This document shows positions 37,247-40,263 of a DNA stretch of 40,263 bases, in pieces. A model generated the notes under the pieces. That model saw nothing but the letters and a program-made list of their open reading frames with translations. It was not told the DNA's origin and searched no databases. Position 1 is the first letter of the stretch; every line of letters begins with the position of its first letter. Origin of the DNA: Candidatus Rokuibacteriota bacterium (GTDB lineage: Bacteria; Methylomirabilota; Methylomirabilia; Rokubacteriales; CSP1-6); NCBI GenBank assembly GCA_016184305.1, contig JACPCX010000123.1, positions 1 to 40,263 of the forward strand. Direction: 5' to 3'. A program made the translations under genes and the position numbers.

Positions 37247-38209
37247 TCAGGTGGCCGAGGCGGCTTCGAGCGTCGGGAGATAGTGCCGCGCGTCGGGGAA
37301 GCCGATGGGACGGATGGCGGGCAGCGTGACGCCGGCCTCGCGGTGGGCGGCGACGAAGTCCCTGAGCGCGCGGTAATCACCGATGGCGCCCAGCGCCGCC
37401 GTGAGGCGGTCGGGCACCGCCTCGGGGCCGGGCGAGCGGTCATGGGCCGCGAGCTCCGCGGCGAAGCCGCTGCCGGCCAGCATCGCGCGGTAGAACGGCA
37501 GCGCGAGGTAGCGTGTGAGCTCCGCCTTGAAGAGCGCCGCCGCCGCCGCCCGATCCACCGTGAGCGCGGCGGGCACCGCCGCCACCACCTCGAAGCCCTC
37601 GAGCGGCTTCCCGGCTCGCTCGCGCCCGCGCCGGATCGCGGGCAGCGCCTCGCGACGGATGTACTCCGGCGCGCAGAGCCAGAGCACCACCCCGTCGGCG
37701 ATCTCTCCCGCGAGCTCGAGCATGCGCGGTCCGAGCCCCGCGAGGAGCACGGGCGGCGCCGCGGGCAGCCGGGGCAAGCCGCTCTGCCACGCCACGCGGT
37801 AGCGGGCGCCCGCGTGCTCGACACGCCCCGTGAGGGCGCCGCGGAGCACGCTCACGTACTCGCGCATCACCTCGAGCGGCTCGCCCATGTCGATCCCGAG
37901 AGCCTGCTCCATGGACGGGCGGTGGCTCACGCCGATGCCGAGGCGGAGGCGTCCGCCCGTCACGTCCTGGAGCGTGAGGGCCTCCTGGGCGAGCAACACG
38001 GGATGACGCGGATAGATGGGGATGACGCCCGTGCCGAGTCCCAGGCGCGGCGCCACATGCCCGTAGGCGCTGAGCACCAGGAGGGCGTCGCGCCCGAGGC
38101 CATGCGTGGTCCAGACGCTCTCGTAGCCCAGCGCGTCCAGCCGGCCGGCCAGCGTGACAGCCTCGGCGAGATCGGCGCCCGAGTTGATGAAGGCGGCGGT
38201 GCGAGTCAT
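37247..38209 (-). CDS. LLM-class flavin-dependent oxidoreductase
   Basis: GYESVW, GTGVIPIYPRHP, GGRLRLGIGVSH, AGLGPRMLELAGEIADG. Confidence 0.92.
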   Translation of the reverse strand: MTRTAAFINSGADLAEAVTLAGRLDALGYESVWTTHGLGRDALLVLSAYGHVAPRLGLGTGVIPIYPRHPVLLAQEALTLQDVTGGRLRLGIGVSHRPSMEQALGIDMGEPLEVMREYVSVLRGALTGRVEHAGARYRVAWQSGLPRLPAAPPVLLAGLGPRMLELAGEIADGVVLWLCAPEYIRREALPAIRRGRERAGKPLEGFEVVAAVPAALTVDRAAAAALFKAELTRYLALPFYRAMLAGSGFAAELAAHDRSPGPEAVPDRLTAALGAIGDYRALRDFVAAHREAGVTLPAIRPIGFPDARHYLPTLEAASAT

Positions 38210-38859
38210 GCGGAGCCCTCCCAGTCGCGGGGGAAGACGCCCAGGGCGGCGAGCTGGGCGCGAAGGTCGTGGCCGCGGTCCACTCGGAAGAGGATGGCCT
38301 TCATCCCCACGCTCTCGGCCGCGGCGATGTTCTGGTCGAAGTCGTCCACGAAGACGCAGCGCGCCGGCGGCACGCCGAGGCGATCGGCGGCGAGGCGGAA
38401 GATGGTCGGCTCCGGCTTGGCCATGCCCACCTCGGCCGAGCAGACGATGTCGTCGAAGAGGTGGTGGATGCGGATGTCGTGCTCGAGGCGGCGGCGCAGG
38501 GTCGCGTCGGCGTTGCTCAGGATGGAAACCTTGTACGGGGGCCGGAGCGCCCGCACCAGCGTCACGTTCGGCGCGATGGCGTGCTGCGCCTCGCGCCAGG
38601 TGTCGTGCAGGCGCGGCAGCGGGCGGCTGGCCCGCTCCTCGAGTGCCTTGTGCGCGCGCTCACGCCAGTCGGCGGGATCGCCGATGCCTCGCTCGATGTC
38701 GCGCCACATGTCCGTCCGGTACAGCGTCTCGAAGACGGAGGAGCGAGGCAGGCCATGGTTCTGGTCGAGGTCCCCCGCGACGTCCCAGCGCATGTCCCAG
38801 AGCACCCCGCCGAAGTCGAGGATCACGGCCTCGATGCCGGACGCCGCAGGGACCGCCAC
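38206..38859 (-). CDS. HAD-family hydrolase/phosphatase
   Basis: ILDFGGVL, ILSNA, SAEVGMAKPEPTIF, FVDD. Start at GTG 38859. Confidence 0.9.
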   Translation of the reverse strand: MAVPAASGIEAVILDFGGVLWDMRWDVAGDLDQNHGLPRSSVFETLYRTDMWRDIERGIGDPADWRERAHKALEERASRPLPRLHDTWREAQHAIAPNVTLVRALRPPYKVSILSNADATLRRRLEHDIRIHHLFDDIVCSAEVGMAKPEPTIFRLAADRLGVPPARCVFVDDFDQNIAAAESVGMKAILFRVDRGHDLRAQLAALGVFPRDWEGSA

Positions 38860-39119
38860 TAGTACCTGCCTGTGGGGCTGCCCCTGGTCGGCGTGGGCTC
38901 GGCCTTGGTGGGGGCCACGTCGGCGGAGAGCGGGACCCAGCCGCGGGCCTTCAGGCACTCCTCGTCGAGCTGACGATTGCGGGTACAGGCCTGCTCGTCG
39001 CGCCGGAAGTCCGCCAGGGTGTAGGAGCCGCCGGGCTTGTACCACTGCTTCTCGGGGACGGACTCGCAGGCCGTAGCAGCGAGGGAGAAGAAGATCAAGA
39101 GCGCCAGCCATCGCGTCAC
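38859..39119 (-). CDS. Small lipoprotein
   Basis: Signal peptide with lipobox ATAC; WYKPG, DFRRDEQAC, CLKARGW. Confidence 0.8.
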   Translation of the reverse strand: MTRWLALLIFFSLAATACESVPEKQWYKPGGSYTLADFRRDEQACTRNRQLDEECLKARGWVPLSADVAPTKAEPTPTRGSPTGRY

Positions 39120-39146
39120 GGCGGCCATGATACCATGGCCGTCGTC

Positions 39147-40128
39147 ATGCTCAAGACGACCATCGCGGGCAGCCTGCCCAAGCCGGCGTGGCTCGCCGCA
39201 CCGCAAACGCTGTGGGCGCCGTGGCGGCTCGAGGGCGGCGCGCTCCAGGAGGGCAAGCGCGACGCCGTGGTGCTGGCGCTGCGCGAGCAGGAAGAGGCCG
39301 GCATCGACATCGTCACGGACGGCGAGCAGACGCGGCGGCACTTCGTCTGGGGCTTCGTCGAGCAGGTGGAGGGGATCGACTTCTCGAAGATGGTGACCAT
39401 CGGGATCCGCGCCGACCGCTACAAGGCCGACGTGCCCACGGTGGTCGCCCCCGTCCGCCGGCGGGGTCCCATCCACTCGGAGGAGGTACGCTTCGCCCGC
39501 GCCCACACGACGCGGCTCCTCAAGTTCACCATGCCCGGCCCCATGACCATCGTCGACACGATCCACGACGCGCATTACCGGAGCCGGGCGGACCTCGGCA
39601 TGGCCTTCGCGCGGCTCCTCAACGAGGAGGCCCGCGAGCTCGAGGCGCTCGGCGTGGACATGATCCAGCTCGACGAGCCCGCCTTCAACGTCTACATGGA
39701 CGAGGTGCGGGACTGGGGCATCGCGGCGCTCGACCGCGCCGTGGAGGGGCTCTGCTGCCGGACGGCCGTGCACATCTGCTACGGCTACGGCATCAAGGCC
39801 AACACCGACTGGAAGCAGACGCTGGGCGGCGAGTGGCGGCAATACGAGCGGACCTTCCCCCTGCTGGCCGCGAGCCGGATCGGCGGGGTCTCGCCTCCTC
39901 GGCGACAAGGACATCCTCCTCGGCGCCATCGACGTGGCGAGCGACCGGGTGGAGACCCCGGCCCAGGTCGCGACCGTCATCCGGGAGGCGATGCAGCACG
40001 TGCGCCGCGAGCAGATCTCCCCCTGCACCAATTGCGGGATGGTGCCGCTCTCGCGCGAAGTGGCCCGCGGGAAGCTGCGGGCGCTGGCCGAGGGCGCCGC
40101 GCTGGTCCGCCGCGAGCTCACGGGCTAG
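39147..40128 (+). pseudogene. Cobalamin-independent core methionine synthase (MesD-like), frameshifted by an internal deletion
   Basis: TTIAGSLPKPAWLA, TDGEQTRRHF, PGPMTIVD, IQLDEPAFN and VHICYGYGIKANTDWK are in one frame. GAIDVA and TNCGMVPL are in another frame after about 39894. The LEC..S.VP segment is missing. Confidence 0.85.
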
Positions 40129-40263
40129 CAGCCCAGGGCCGCGCCGTCGCTGCGCGGATCGGCGGCGCCCAGGCGCGTGCCACGCTCGGGGTCGACGGTG
40201 ATGCCGTGGGCGTGCCCCGCCAGCTCGCTCCACGGCCCCCAGCGGTGGATCCTGTGGCCGCGC
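40125..40263 (-). CDS. ggt: Gamma-glutamyltransferase family protein, 3' end (runs off the window end)
   Basis: Manual translation: RGHRIHRWGPWSELAGHAHGITVDPERGTRLGAADPRSDGAALGC*. Confidence 0.85.
   Translation of the reverse strand, partial: RGHRIHRWGPWSELAGHAHGITVDPERGTRLGAADPRSDGAALGC

Overview
A high-GC (about 70%) bacterial window, mostly metabolic, envelope and regulatory genes. Gene content and style resemble Candidatus Rokubacteria (Methylomirabilota), but this is an impression I cannot verify. In order: partial LLM oxidoreductase, thermonuclease, dusB, a sigma-54 two-component system with a lipoprotein serine protease and a convergent DUF1344-like exported protein, and two PLP enzymes around an unknown gene. 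Next come lemA plus two TPM genes and a six-gene hydrogenase-4-like (Ehr) complex whose large subunit lacks the Ni-binding Cys motifs. Then pal and an uncharacterised three-gene operon on divergent sigma-54 promoters beside a second sigma-54 two-component system, two acyl-CoA dehydrogenases with a CoA-transferase, an AbrB/PIN toxin-antitoxin pair, an HExxH-DinB fusion and tcuAB. The last 8 kb is rearranged and decaying: truncated arfB, a degenerate duplicate of an LLM gene, a large secreted DUF11 protein, IS630 and asd remnants, a frameshifted MesD-type methionine synthase and a partial ggt. Non-coding signals read directly from the sequence: four near-consensus sigma-54 promoters (three with candidate enhancer palindromes), a 23-bp REP-like repeat family, about eight probable leaderless -10/start arrangements and several gene relics. 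I found no rRNA, tRNA or CRISPR array. All product calls come from motif recognition; no database search was run.
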